Shown piece by piece: positions 1 through 7,587 of a stretch of 64,000 nt of DNA. Made by a program: the position numbers and the translations under genes. Each line of letters starts with the position of its first letter. Position 1 is the stretch's first letter. Source of the DNA: a virus (taxonomy: Duplodnaviria; Heunggongvirae; Uroviricota; Caudoviricetes); IMG/VR virus record IMGVR_UViG_3300033069_001798, positions 1 through 64,000 of that record; one strand, 5' to 3'. The notes beneath the pieces are model-generated. The model had not been told where the DNA came from and did no database searches. It saw only the letters and a list, made by a program, of their open reading frames with translations.

Positions 1-1
1 T

Positions 2-235
2 GTTCTGGTCGTTCCCACGTTCAAGAGAATTTCAATGAATCCGCACGAGGCAGATCACTTCCTCAAAGTGAGGCAATCAAAGATTGCAGATGATTTCGCC
101 GTAAACTTCTGCGTTGCTGTATACGTAAACAGCTTCAAAGTTGACGGTTTGCAGTACGTGTGGATCTTGCTACCAGACGGTCGTGTTATCTCTACGTACG
201 CCGGCTCCGTTAAAGAGCTGCAGTGGGTTGAATGA
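2..235 (+). CDS. GDLV-family small protein (array member 1, 5'-partial)
   Basis: Frame is open to the window edge: ..VLVVPTFKRISMNPHEAD..YVWILLPDGRVISTYAGSV. Stop TGA 233-235 overlaps the next ATG (ATGA). Confidence 0.6.
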   Translation, partial: VLVVPTFKRISMNPHEADHFLKVRQSKIADDFAVNFCVAVYVNSFKVDGLQYVWILLPDGRVISTYAGSVKELQWVE

Positions 236-459
236 ATATCGAACCTGGAGATCTTGTCTGCTCGAAGAGCAAGTTCATATCAACCTGCAATCCGATATCT
301 GGTTATTACCTGGGTCAGTGCTTGGTTGACGATGAAGTGTTGCTGTGCGTCGGTGTCTTCATTATCGAGCCTACCCAGTTTCATCGCAATCGCATCATGG
401 TGATGCGCGAAACTGGTGAGCTGGTTGTTACGTACGTCGACAACGTGTTTTTCATCTGA
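232..459 (+). CDS. GDLV-family small protein (array member 2)
   Basis: 75 aa; MNIEPGDLVCSK..LLCVGVF..GELVVTYV; ATGA overlap upstream. Confidence 0.7.
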   Translation: MNIEPGDLVCSKSKFISTCNPISGYYLGQCLVDDEVLLCVGVFIIEPTQFHRNRIMVMRETGELVVTYVDNVFFI

Positions 460-471
460 TGAGGTGTCGCT

Positions 472-633
472 ATGAAAGTTGGTGACTTGGTTGTCCCACG
501 AAAAAATTATTTGCCAGAAGCGTGCATCATCATAGGGTTTGGTCAGCTCAAGTCAGGAGCGACTTGGGCTTGGGTCTTGCTGTTCAGCGGACGCGTCAAC
601 AGATACTACGTTGGTGCACTAGAGCTGCTATGA
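472..633 (+). CDS. GDLV-family small protein (array member 3)
   Basis: 53 aa, below the track cutoff, read by hand: MKVGDLVVPRKNYLPEACIIIGFG..WAWVLLFSGRVNRYY. GAGGTG lies 5 nt upstream of the ATG. ATGA overlap with the next gene. Confidence 0.65.
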   Translation: MKVGDLVVPRKNYLPEACIIIGFGQLKSGATWAWVLLFSGRVNRYYVGALELL

Positions 634-848
634 AGATCGGCGATCTGGTCTGCAGCGACTCGAGAGATCTGTACGTCCTCACGTTGAAAGCACCCTATGA
701 ATATGGTCTTCACGGCTTCGAAGTTCCCGGTTCTGGACCTTTCGTGTACGTTGGTATTAGCGGTCGTGGCAACGGAAGCTTGGTTCTTATCTTGCTTCCG
801 TCTGGTGTCTTGGTAGAAGTTCATCCATCAAGACTAAGGCCTTTGTAA
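630..848 (+). CDS. GDLV-family small protein (array member 4)
   Basis: In-frame ATG inside track ORF 522..848; MKIGDLVCSDS..FVYVGISG..LVLILLPSGVLVEV; ATGA coupling at 630-633. Confidence 0.7.
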   Translation: MKIGDLVCSDSRDLYVLTLKAPYEYGLHGFEVPGSGPFVYVGISGRGNGSLVLILLPSGVLVEVHPSRLRPL

Positions 849-876
849 CGCTGTGCACTGGTGCCACAAAATGGGT

Positions 877-882
877 TACAAT
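877..882 (+). promoter_or_regulatory. TACAAT (-10-like) element 6 nt upstream of ATG 889
   Basis: ggTTACAATtgttagATG lies in the 40-nt gap after member 4. The same hexamer recurs 3-9 nt before the first start codon of other + strand units (14776, 15872, 17812, 21853). Confidence 0.35.
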
Positions 883-888
883 TGTTAG

Positions 889-1137
889 ATGGCAGTGACA
901 CTTCCGGGTGACATGGTGATTCTACAATCGCATGGAAGTACGTACGTGACGACCATTTCACTGCATGAGGACGGCGCGCGGCTCGTGTATAAAGATTTCA
1001 AGCCCACAGATGAAGAATGCCGAGCAGCTGGCACTTTTCTTGGCACGGTCACGTGGGATGATTGTAACCTCGCTGTCGTATTGTTCCGCGGTGAGATCTG
1101 GGTCTCTTTCCCGCACCAGTTCAAGGTTGTCAAGTGA
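889..1137 (+). CDS. GDLV-family small protein (array member 5)
   Basis: 82 aa; MAVTLPGDMVILQ..LAVVLFRGEIWVSF; first gene after a 40-nt gap. Confidence 0.65.
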   Translation: MAVTLPGDMVILQSHGSTYVTTISLHEDGARLVYKDFKPTDEECRAAGTFLGTVTWDDCNLAVVLFRGEIWVSFPHQFKVVK

Positions 1138-1301
1138 GCGATTCATTTCGTAGCGGTGACTTGGTTAACTGGGGCGCCCAGCGCGTCGTGTACATCTACT
1201 TGTGTCGTTGTGATCCGGATTCTGCACTCGCTTACGTTATAGCACCGAATGGGCGGATTGATTGGTTCTACGTCTGTGATCTGAAGCACGCGGAGCAATG
1301 A
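1134..1301 (+). CDS. GDLV-family small protein (array member 6)
   Basis: 55 aa, hand-read, GTG start in a GTGA overlap: VSDSFRSGDLVNW..VVYIYLCR..AYVIAPNGRIDWFY. Confidence 0.6.
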   Translation: MSDSFRSGDLVNWGAQRVVYIYLCRCDPDSALAYVIAPNGRIDWFYVCDLKHAEQ

Positions 1302-1471
1302 TGAAATCCGGGGATCTGGTCTATTGGATCTACGATAACCACGTAATACCAAAGAGGTCAGTGTTGATCTACGTGGGCACGGACCATGTTCACCCTAGCA
1401 TTGCCTGCGTTGTCTGCTCGTCTGGGCAAGTTGCCTGGGCGTACGCAAGCGAGCTGAGAGAGCTGCTATGA
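1298..1471 (+). CDS. GDLV-family small protein (array member 7)
   Basis: 57 aa, hand-read: MMKSGDLVYW..VLIYVGTD..ACVVCSSGQVAWAY; ATGA overlaps at both ends. Confidence 0.65.
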   Translation: MMKSGDLVYWIYDNHVIPKRSVLIYVGTDHVHPSIACVVCSSGQVAWAYASELRELL

Positions 1472-1689
1472 TGCTGCCGGGAGATCTGCTTACCACGCGG
1501 CACACAACGATCATTGAAGCACCCATGATACCCATGGGATTTGAGAAATTTGCGTTCTTCAAAGTTAAACCCAACTTCATCTGCATGTGTGTAGGTTGCG
1601 AGACGATCGCCGGCGAGGATTACAAGTGGGTCCTGCTTCCGTCAGGGAAGTTGACACGCATCGTTGCAGCTGACTTGGTGCCCGCATGA
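1468..1689 (+). CDS. GDLV-family small protein (array member 8)
   Basis: 73 aa; MMLPGDLLTTR..FICMCVGC..KWVLLPSGKLTRIV. Confidence 0.7.
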   Translation: MMLPGDLLTTRHTTIIEAPMIPMGFEKFAFFKVKPNFICMCVGCETIAGEDYKWVLLPSGKLTRIVAADLVPA

Positions 1690-1865
1690 AAGAATCATTC
1701 AAGACTGGTGATCTGCTGCGATTTGAAAACCGATTGTCTCAGACTCGGAGCCCCATGGTGTGTATGGGAACGCTTGACAGCCTTCACGGCGACTGCCTGG
1801 TTCGCGTCATGTTTCCCAACGGACAGATTGCAGTGTACTACGCGAGCAACTTGAGGAAGCTATGA
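1686..1865 (+). CDS. GDLV-family small protein (array member 9)
   Basis: 59 aa, hand-read: MKESFKTGDLLRF..MVCMGTL..LVRVMFPNGQIAVYY; ATGA overlaps at both ends. Confidence 0.65.
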   Translation: MKESFKTGDLLRFENRLSQTRSPMVCMGTLDSLHGDCLVRVMFPNGQIAVYYASNLRKL

Positions 1866-2074
1866 AAACCGGTACTTTGGTGAAGATCAACAGAGACAAT
1901 GTCATCATATGCGAGCTTGATTCTGATCATCCAAAGATTCGCAACTTTGGCTCTAACGAGCGACTTGCTGTTTACTTGAACGACTATCGAGTGCATGGTG
2001 GTAATTACGCGTTGGTGATTCTTCCATCTGGTCACTTGATTTACGTGTACAACCACGACTTGAGTCTCCCGTGA
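1862..2074 (+). CDS. GDLV-family small protein (array member 10)
   Basis: 70 aa; MKTGTLVKIN..LAVYLND..YALVILPSGHLIYVY. Confidence 0.7.
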   Translation: MKTGTLVKINRDNVIICELDSDHPKIRNFGSNERLAVYLNDYRVHGGNYALVILPSGHLIYVYNHDLSLP

Positions 2075-2250
2075 AGAAGATTAAGATCGGCGATCTAGTT
2101 CAGGCGAAGATTGGATATCATCCTCATGACACCATCATGGTTTGCATCGGCCTTCGCGTTGGGGCTTGGGGTGATCTGATCGTTCGAGTGATGCTGCCAA
2201 ACGGCGGGGTGCTAACATACTACGCCTATGATATCATGGTGCTAGCATGA
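2071..2250 (+). CDS. GDLV-family small protein (array member 11)
   Basis: 59 aa, hand-read, GTG in a GTGA overlap: VKKIKIGDLVQAK..IMVCIGLR..IVRVMLPNGGVLTYY. Confidence 0.6.
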   Translation: MKKIKIGDLVQAKIGYHPHDTIMVCIGLRVGAWGDLIVRVMLPNGGVLTYYAYDIMVLA

Positions 2251-2414
2251 ATGATGTTTCCTTTGACGTCGGCGATCTGCTTATTTTTCTCGGCGATGCA
2301 GAGTCCTGGAAGGACCAAGCTGGTTCGCGATGGTACGGAATCGTCCTGCGGGCTAGAGACACAAAAGTGCTAGTGTTCCCTGATTACTGCTTTGAACCAT
2401 GTCACCCCAACTGA
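2247..2414 (+). CDS. GDLV-family small protein (array member 12)
   Basis: 55 aa, hand-read: MNDVSFDVGDLLIFLGD..WYGIVLRARDTKVLVF; ATGA upstream; 16-nt overlap with the next gene. Confidence 0.55.
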   Translation: MNDVSFDVGDLLIFLGDAESWKDQAGSRWYGIVLRARDTKVLVFPDYCFEPCHPN

Positions 2415-2635
2415 TACAACATCGCTGGACGCAGATCGGTTACCTCGTGGAATTTGAGCACGCTTACGAGATTCCAGCTCGCGACGTGTTCTGGCTTCCT
2501 GGTGATGTTGTCAGACCGGCGTGGGATGACTACGATCGCAAACTAAACGATTTTGCTCCGGAGCCAGCTGGCATCGTTATCAACTATGATCGAACGACAA
2601 AAGACATGCTGATCCTGTGGAGCGATGCACCGTGA
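2399..2635 (+). CDS. GDLV-family small protein (array member 13)
   Basis: 78-aa track ORF. The family motif WLPGDVVRPA is internal (res 33-41), so in-frame GTG 2486 is an alternative start. ..AGIVINYD..MLILWSD. Confidence 0.55.
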   Translation: MSPQLIQHRWTQIGYLVEFEHAYEIPARDVFWLPGDVVRPAWDDYDRKLNDFAPEPAGIVINYDRTTKDMLILWSDAP

Positions 2636-2862
2636 AGAGCGTGAAAAAGCTGAAGATAGGATCATTGTTGATCCCAACCTCTTCATTTCATTGGTTGTAC
2701 TCAACAAATCCGATTCACTCGCAGGTGATCACAGCTCACGGTCGACCACTGTACGTGTACCTCGGAAACATGGTTGACCGTGATGATGCTCCGGCTCTGT
2801 ACATTCTTACGCCAGATTGTGAAATCTACTTGACCGATGCTGAGAACGTTGAAGAGCTATGA
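2632..2862 (+). CDS. GDLV-family small protein (array member 14)
   Basis: GTG 2632 sits in a GTGA overlap; track start 2617 is also GTG in the same frame. VKSVKKLKIGSLLIPT..PLYVYLGN..ALYILTPDCEIYL. Confidence 0.6.
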   Translation: MKSVKKLKIGSLLIPTSSFHWLYSTNPIHSQVITAHGRPLYVYLGNMVDRDDAPALYILTPDCEIYLTDAENVEEL

Positions 2863-3107
2863 AATCAGGTGACCTTGTCGCATCGCGGTTCGCAGCAACA
2901 ACGTGCTTCGAAGTGCACCCTGAATTCGGTCTGCTGATCAGAACGATAGCTAGCGATGAAATTTGCACGTTCATCTGCAAGCTCTCCCGTGATGACCAAA
3001 GAAGGGTGCATCCATCGTTGGGCACGTACACCGCTGCGACGATGATGATCATGCGTGCTGATTGCAGCCTCGTGTACGTCGACAAAAGGATGCTATCAAA
3101 GCTATGA
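2859..3107 (+). CDS. GDLV-family small protein (array member 15, subtype A)
   Basis: 82 aa; MKSGDLVASR..CTFICKLS..MMIMRADCSLVYVD. Confidence 0.7.
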   Translation: MKSGDLVASRFAATTCFEVHPEFGLLIRTIASDEICTFICKLSRDDQRRVHPSLGTYTAATMMIMRADCSLVYVDKRMLSKL

Positions 3108-3352
3108 TCGATCTAGATGATCTACTTCTTGGAACGTTGCTTCGACCGAAAGCTGACGCTTCTGGATCTCGTCACTGGATTTATAAGTGGAACGTTTCTA
3201 AGACGTACGAAGCGTTTTATGAAGCACCAGGACCGGTGTATGCGTACATGGGCATGATTCCCGTTGAGGGTGAAACAACTGCTTATGCTTTGAGCTCTAA
3301 GGACGGTGCTTTGTACGAAATATGCACGAGAGAATTTGAGGTCATCCCGTGA
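3104..3352 (+). CDS. GDLV-family small protein (array member 16, subtype B)
   Basis: ATG 3104 in an ATGA overlap, inside track ORF 3062..3352; MIDLDDLLLGTLLRPK..VYAYMGMI..AYALSSKDGALYEI. Confidence 0.6.
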   Translation: MIDLDDLLLGTLLRPKADASGSRHWIYKWNVSKTYEAFYEAPGPVYAYMGMIPVEGETTAYALSSKDGALYEICTREFEVIP

Positions 3353-3594
3353 AGTCAGGCGATCTTGTGATACCAGGGCACGAAGCGATATACTGCTTCG
3401 CTGACAGAGAGCCGGCTGGTTACACGACGATCTTGTGGAAAGAAATTCTTATTTACGTCAGCGATCTTACACAAGATGACTGCGATTACGAGTACTTCTC
3501 GCGGTGGACGAAGTCACCAGAAAACATTGCACGCGTCATCAGAGAGTCTGGGAGGATTGTCTACATCGACAGAAGGGACGTTGTGACCCTATGA
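3349..3594 (+). CDS. GDLV-family small protein (array member 17, subtype A)
   Basis: 81 aa, GTG in a GTGA overlap; VKSGDLVIPG..ILIYVSDL..ARVIRESGRIVYID. Confidence 0.7.
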   Translation: MKSGDLVIPGHEAIYCFADREPAGYTTILWKEILIYVSDLTQDDCDYEYFSRWTKSPENIARVIRESGRIVYIDRRDVVTL

Positions 3595-3866
3595 AAGTGC
3601 GCGCGCCCACAGATTGCCATGGCACTAAAATCAGCTGCGGATCGATCGTAGTACCGTCTGACGCTGCAGTCAACATGCCGCCGTTGACACGGCACCTTAA
3701 GGGCTCTTGGGTCACATCATTCCGCTATGGAATACCAAACACCAAGAAAGAATTTCTTCTTTGCATTGGGCATGAAGCGTACATCGAAGGAGGCTCTGTG
3801 CTTCACCTCTTTTCACCAACGATAGGATTGATCAACTTGTACGCGCATGAGGTGGCGCTGTGTTGA
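3591..3866 (+). CDS. GDLV-family small protein (array member 18, subtype B)
   Basis: ATG 3591 in an ATGA overlap, inside track ORF 3504..3866; MKVRAPTDCHGTKISCGSIVVPS..FLLCIGHE..VLHLFSPTIGLINLY. Confidence 0.6.
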   Translation: MKVRAPTDCHGTKISCGSIVVPSDAAVNMPPLTRHLKGSWVTSFRYGIPNTKKEFLLCIGHEAYIEGGSVLHLFSPTIGLINLYAHEVALC

Positions 3867-4123
3867 CGGGCGACTTGCTGCAGCCGACAGATTACGTCAT
3901 ACCCTGCTTCTTTGGTGCTGGCGCTAATTGGAAGTTGCACCCAGAACAAGGCGTCATCCTAAACAGTCAGCTGCTAGTGTTCATCTGCAACGTTGGTGAC
4001 AAAGAAGAAGAGTTGATGCACTATTGGTTCAACAAGTCTTCGAAGTACATCCGAGTCATGAAATCGTCTGGTGAACTGTGCACCGTCGACGCAAGGAACG
4101 TAGCGAAACTTTTACACCTATGA
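3860..4123 (+). CDS. GDLV-family small protein (array member 19, subtype A)
   Basis: 87 aa, GTG start; VLTGDLLQPT..LLVFICNV..IRVMKSSGELCTVD. Confidence 0.65.
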   Translation: MLTGDLLQPTDYVIPCFFGAGANWKLHPEQGVILNSQLLVFICNVGDKEEELMHYWFNKSSKYIRVMKSSGELCTVDARNVAKLLHL

Positions 4124-4135
4124 AGTAGGCCTACT

Positions 4136-4402
4136 GTGATAAAACCTGGAACGTTGCTCAAGGCTAGCAAGAGATGCTGGACGCTGTACTACGGCGAACG
4201 AGGCACGCCGCAGTGGGCATCCTACGACCATGATATTGAGAAGGGTGAATACCTCATCTTCATCTCAGAGATTCCCATATCGCCGGAGTTGGCGCCGTTG
4301 ATCGGCCTCAAGAGCACGTACCTGCTGCTCCGGGCTCGAGGGTGCTCTCTAGTTTATTTGGGGGTATTGAGATGGAAACCATCGGATGATTTGTGCGATT
4401 AA
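4136..4402 (+). CDS. GDLV-family small protein (array member 20, subtype B)
   Basis: 88 aa, GTG start after a 12-nt gap; VIKPGTLLKAS..YLIFISEI..TYLLLRARGCSLVYL. Confidence 0.6.
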   Translation: MIKPGTLLKASKRCWTLYYGERGTPQWASYDHDIEKGEYLIFISEIPISPELAPLIGLKSTYLLLRARGCSLVYLGVLRWKPSDDLCD

Positions 4403-4409
4403 ATCGTGA

Positions 4410-4439
4410 GGCCCACGAGCGCTGTGCACAGCTCGGGCC
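4410..4439 (+). promoter_or_regulatory. Imperfect inverted repeat in the largest intra-array gap
   Basis: GGCCCacgagcGCTGTG/CACAGCtcGGGCC: a perfect 12-bp palindrome GCTGTGCACAGC (4421-4432) flanked by GGCCC/GGGCC arms. No U-tract follows. Function unknown. Confidence 0.3.
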
Positions 4440-4462
4440 CAGAGTGGTAAGATGTTAAGAGG

Positions 4463-4702
4463 ATGCGTCATCTTCCTGGCATGCTTGTTAAACCGCACAG
4501 CGAAGCTCGTGGCCTTAAATTGCTGGATGATTGTTGGTGTCGTCAGTGGAACGATTCATCTATGCTGGTGGATGAATCTGAGTTTCTAGCCGTCGTTTCC
4601 TCGTACGACATGAGTCGTCGAAACATCGTGATGTGCCTGAGGCGCGACATGTCGCTCGTCTTCCTTGACGATTGGGACGTTAACGAGGTGACTTGTGGTT
4701 AA
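4463..4702 (+). CDS. GDLV-family small protein (array member 21)
   Basis: 79 aa; MRHLPGMLVKPH..FLAVVSSY..IVMCLRRDMSLVFL; follows the 60-nt gap. Confidence 0.65.
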   Translation: MRHLPGMLVKPHSEARGLKLLDDCWCRQWNDSSMLVDESEFLAVVSSYDMSRRNIVMCLRRDMSLVFLDDWDVNEVTCG

Positions 4703-4943
4703 CGCTTCATGCATCGGCGCGCTCGTGACAATCATCAACACTGCGCATGATTATCCATTTCTTAAGCGAGCAGGATTTGGGGGACTTGATGGTCCTCGAG
4801 CACGGGTCAGAGACGTATTCATGATCATTGGATACGAACAAGTGACAATTTCTGACGGTGGAAAGCGTGGACGTTGTTGGTTGCTGAGAACCAGAGATCA
4901 GCACGTCGGTGAATTGTGGATCGATGAGGTCGTTGCGCTATGA
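4695..4943 (+). CDS. GDLV-family small protein (array member 22, degenerate N-motif)
   Basis: 82 aa, GTG start; VVNASCIGALVTII..VFMIIGYE..RCWLLRTRDQHVGELWI. Confidence 0.55.
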   Translation: MVNASCIGALVTIINTAHDYPFLKRAGFGGLDGPRARVRDVFMIIGYEQVTISDGGKRGRCWLLRTRDQHVGELWIDEVVAL

Positions 4944-5184
4944 GCAATTTCGCGCCTGGTGATATCGTCAGGTTGAAGAGGAGCATGGACGGTGCCTCGT
5001 TCCTCGTCGTTGAAAATGGCGCCGTGCTGCCTTCGTGGAGCTCACGAGTGACGTCGCTCAAAGACATCTACTTTGTCATCGGTGTGAAGGAGATGAATTT
5101 GGCACAAAGCACATCGTGTATGTCATGTGCTCTGGTGATGCGCACGTGGGCATGATGTGGGAAGGCGAGCTTCAAGGGGCATGA
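4940..5184 (+). pseudogene. GDLV-family member 23, apparently frameshifted
   Basis: The N-half MSNFAPGDIVRLK..DIYFVIGVKE is in the 4940 frame, which stops at 5155 after a non-family tail. The family-like C-half DEFGTKHIVYVMCSGDAHVGMMWEGELQGA is in the -1 frame from ~5092. Its TGA (5182-5184) makes the usual ATGA overlap with the next gene. Confidence 0.5.
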
Positions 5185-5444
5185 AAACGGGTGACCTGCT
5201 GCGACCAAAGGCTTCCATGATCGGACAAAACTACTTGACGCTGTCGGGCGACGGGCTTGAAGTGTCTAACGATCGCAAGATCCAAGGATCAGATCGATTC
5301 TTGCTGATTGGTTACGCACCAGAAACGGCGGACTACAACAGGATTATCTGCGTCATGATAGTTGACACTGGAAACCTTGGCCTCTTGTTCGACGCCGACG
5401 TCGATGCATGGGTGTTAGCATGTTCAACACTGGATCCTTGTTGA
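5181..5444 (+). CDS. GDLV-family small protein (array member 24)
   Basis: ATG 5181 inside track ORF 5157..5444; MKTGDLLRPK..RFLLIGYA..IICVMIVDTGNLGLLF. Confidence 0.65.
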   Translation: MKTGDLLRPKASMIGQNYLTLSGDGLEVSNDRKIQGSDRFLLIGYAPETADYNRIICVMIVDTGNLGLLFDADVDAWVLACSTLDPC

Positions 5445-5647
5445 AGCCAAAATCTACTGCGGGAGCTCATCACTACTTGACCCATCGCTCTGTCCGGACA
5501 ACCAGGCGCGTTAGAGCTCGAGATCGCTACGTGCTCTTGGGTTACGTAACAGTTGGGAAGTCTTCTGATCCGATCTACTTGTGCGCTCTGCTGCACGTTT
5601 CGGGAGCAGTGCTCTACATCAATGTGGAGAAAGTTGAGCTGGCATGA
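5420..5647 (+). CDS. GDLV-family small protein (array member 25)
   Basis: ATG 5420 (track start 5408 is in the same frame); MFNTGSLLKPK..RYVLLGYV..IYLCALLHVSGAVLYI. Confidence 0.6.
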   Translation: MFNTGSLLKPKSTAGAHHYLTHRSVRTTRRVRARDRYVLLGYVTVGKSSDPIYLCALLHVSGAVLYINVEKVELA

Positions 5648-5916
5648 AGATTGGATCTTACGTCCGAGCAGTCGAAGACTCTTGGGGTTACGCTTACATG
5701 AAACCTGACGAGAGATATCCCGGTGACTGGCGAGGAAATCACAAGATGGTAACAGTATCTAGCAACCATCGTTACTTGATCGTAGGAGCTCTAGAATCTG
5801 GTCTTGTTGATGACAACAAGGTGTACGTGCTGTTGATGATCCCCCAGTGCATCATCACTTACCTTACTTCAAAAGAAGTCGTAGAAGTGTTATGTTCAGG
5901 ATTGGTGATCTGGTGA
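5644..5916 (+). CDS. GDLV-family small protein (array member 26)
   Basis: 90 aa; MKIGSYVRAV..RYLIVGAL..VYVLLMIPQCIITYL; 25-nt overlap with the next gene. Confidence 0.65.
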   Translation: MKIGSYVRAVEDSWGYAYMKPDERYPGDWRGNHKMVTVSSNHRYLIVGALESGLVDDNKVYVLLMIPQCIITYLTSKEVVEVLCSGLVIW

Positions 5917-6134
5917 CGCCAAGAAGAGATGCTCTAGGCAGAGCGTTTATCAATCCCGATGGATCTACAGCAACCCCCGAAAACTGGGATTACACTAAGC
6001 GCGGAGACTTGTACGTTTACATCGGGCAGATGACGATCGTTCACGGTGGAATGTACAAGAATATTTCCACATTGTGGAGCATCGAAGATCTTAAAATTGT
6101 TCACCTGTACGAGAACGAGCTCCAGCATGTTTAA
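5892..6134 (+). CDS. GDLV-family small protein (array member 27)
   Basis: ATG 5892 inside track ORF 5847..6134; MFRIGDLVTPR..LYVYIGQM..STLWSIEDLKIVHLY. Confidence 0.65.
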   Translation: MFRIGDLVTPRRDALGRAFINPDGSTATPENWDYTKRGDLYVYIGQMTIVHGGMYKNISTLWSIEDLKIVHLYENELQHV

Positions 6135-6369
6135 CATTGGCGATCTTGTGAAGCTAGCACCGACGCTTAGCAAGCGTTACTACATCTTGGAGTCGTCATT
6201 GGGCGCCAAGCACGCGATCTACGATTCAAAGTCAAGCCCCGCTGAGCACGATGAAATGTACGTAGTAGTTGGCTTTAAGATTAGTTACGATTGGAACGCT
6301 TGCGCTCTCATGCGCGTAAACGATGGTAAAGTTGTCTGGCTGCACAAAAGCGAGGTGACGCATGTATGA
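6127..6369 (+). CDS. GDLV-family small protein (array member 28)
   Basis: ATG 6127 inside track ORF 6046..6369; MFNIGDLVKLA..MYVVVGFK..ACALMRVNDGKVVWL. Confidence 0.65.
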   Translation: MFNIGDLVKLAPTLSKRYYILESSLGAKHAIYDSKSSPAEHDEMYVVVGFKISYDWNACALMRVNDGKVVWLHKSEVTHV

Positions 6370-6592
6370 TAGTGGTGACATTTGCATACCCACCAAAACA
6401 GGGCTTGGGAATGTTAACTACTTGTCTGCTCGCAACGTAGTAACCGGTCGAAAAGCTGCCTACAGTGATATTCTTCTGTTCGTTTGTTGGCATCCTGAAG
6501 GTTCTTCCTACAGTGATCGACGCATAGCAAAGTTCATTCTCCCAGATGGATCAATCGTGATGCTTTATGATGGAGAGTTTCATAAGATATGA
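6362..6592 (+). CDS. GDLV-family small protein (array member 29, 'GEF' subfamily)
   Basis: 76 aa; MYDSGDICIPT..ILLFVCWH..AKFILPDGSIVMLYDGEFHKI. Confidence 0.7.
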   Translation: MYDSGDICIPTKTGLGNVNYLSARNVVTGRKAAYSDILLFVCWHPEGSSYSDRRIAKFILPDGSIVMLYDGEFHKI

Positions 6593-6822
6593 GCATAAAA
6601 GTTGGTGATCTATGCTCTCCGATTGGAAACGGTGCAGTAAGCTACATCGATCCGGTTGGAAATTTTCCAACTAATGTTTGGGCGCAAAAGAACGACGTGC
6701 TGTTGTTCATCGGCTGGGTTAACATTGTCACCCTCTCTACGCAAAGTACGTCGATGGCTGTATTTGTGCTGCCTGATGGAACGATAGCATCGCTGTACAA
6801 CAGAGAATTTAAGTTGCTATGA
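6589..6822 (+). CDS. GDLV-family small protein (array member 30, 'GEF' subfamily)
   Basis: 77 aa; MSIKVGDLCSPI..VLLFIGWV..AVFVLPDGTIASLYNREFKLL. Confidence 0.7.
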   Translation: MSIKVGDLCSPIGNGAVSYIDPVGNFPTNVWAQKNDVLLFIGWVNIVTLSTQSTSMAVFVLPDGTIASLYNREFKLL

Positions 6823-7115
6823 CGATCAAAGTCGGTGATCTGTGCACCCCCTCGGGAGACGTCATCCAGTTCAGGTACATGAACATCACGCCTCGCGAAA
6901 ACGGAACGAACGTTTGGACTGTCAACATGAATCTTCCGCGGGTTAACCCAAACGTCACGTTCTTGTGCATCGGATTCTTGCAGGCGGCGGCGCGCTTCCA
7001 GCAGTCGCGGAGGATTGACGTTTCAACTATGGAGATGTCCACAATTGCTATTTTGCTGCACGCACAGCTCAAAACTGTCACATTTCTCCTTGCTGAAGAG
7101 ATCGAGGCGCTGTGA
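6819..7115 (+). CDS. GDLV-family small protein (array member 31)
   Basis: 98 aa; MTIKVGDLCTPS..VTFLCIGF..IAILLHAQLKTVTFLLAEEIEAL. Confidence 0.65.
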   Translation: MTIKVGDLCTPSGDVIQFRYMNITPRENGTNVWTVNMNLPRVNPNVTFLCIGFLQAAARFQQSRRIDVSTMEMSTIAILLHAQLKTVTFLLAEEIEAL

Positions 7116-7336
7116 CGGATGGCATCCGAGCCGGTGCTCTTTGCTCACCAACACCAGAGCTTGAAGGTGAAATTTACTGCAACGCTCATTTTGCTATGCA
7201 CAAGCGCATCGCCATATTCCGTCATCACAAGCTAGTGTTCTTGTACAGCGCTGATCGAGAATACCCAAGGCTGTGCTACTTCATCTTGGGTGATCAGATC
7301 GTTGGACTGATCGAGGGTGAGTTCAAAGAACTATGA
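7112..7336 (+). CDS. GDLV-family small protein (array member 32, 'GEF' subfamily)
   Basis: 74 aa, GTG in a GTGA overlap; VTDGIRAGALCSPT..KLVFLYSA..CYFILGDQIVGLIEGEFKEL. Confidence 0.65.
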   Translation: MTDGIRAGALCSPTPELEGEIYCNAHFAMHKRIAIFRHHKLVFLYSADREYPRLCYFILGDQIVGLIEGEFKEL

Positions 7337-7587
7337 TGAACCATTCAAGCGTCAAAATTCTGTCTGGTGATCTCTGCCGCCCAACGAGAGCATGTGCCAA
7401 CAGCAATTTGCAGTACATCAACTTTGCTAGCGCAACGGCATCTGAACGTGTTGTCAAGAGAGATGACGTTCTTGTGTTCATCTGCTGGACAGCATGGCGC
7501 GTGAACGAGCCAGCAAATTACGCTCAGTTCATCACCTCCGACGGAGAAATACTGTCGCTGAGAGCTGGGGAGTTCGAGGTTGTATGA
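7333..7587 (+). CDS. GDLV-family small protein (array member 33, 'GEF' subfamily)
   Basis: 84 aa; MMNHSSVKILSGDLCRPT..VLVFICWT..AQFITSDGEILSLRAGEFEVV. Confidence 0.7.
   Translation: MMNHSSVKILSGDLCRPTRACANSNLQYINFASATASERVVKRDDVLVFICWTAWRVNEPANYAQFITSDGEILSLRAGEFEVV

Noticed and set aside
4441-4462. Sigma70-like -35/-10 promoters in the intra-array gaps, for example TAAGAT at 4448 and 8292 and TAAAAT at 10337.
   Set aside because: The hexamers are weak, their spacing to start codons is inconsistent (N9-N11 or no start), and no matching -35 was found. They are not reported as features.
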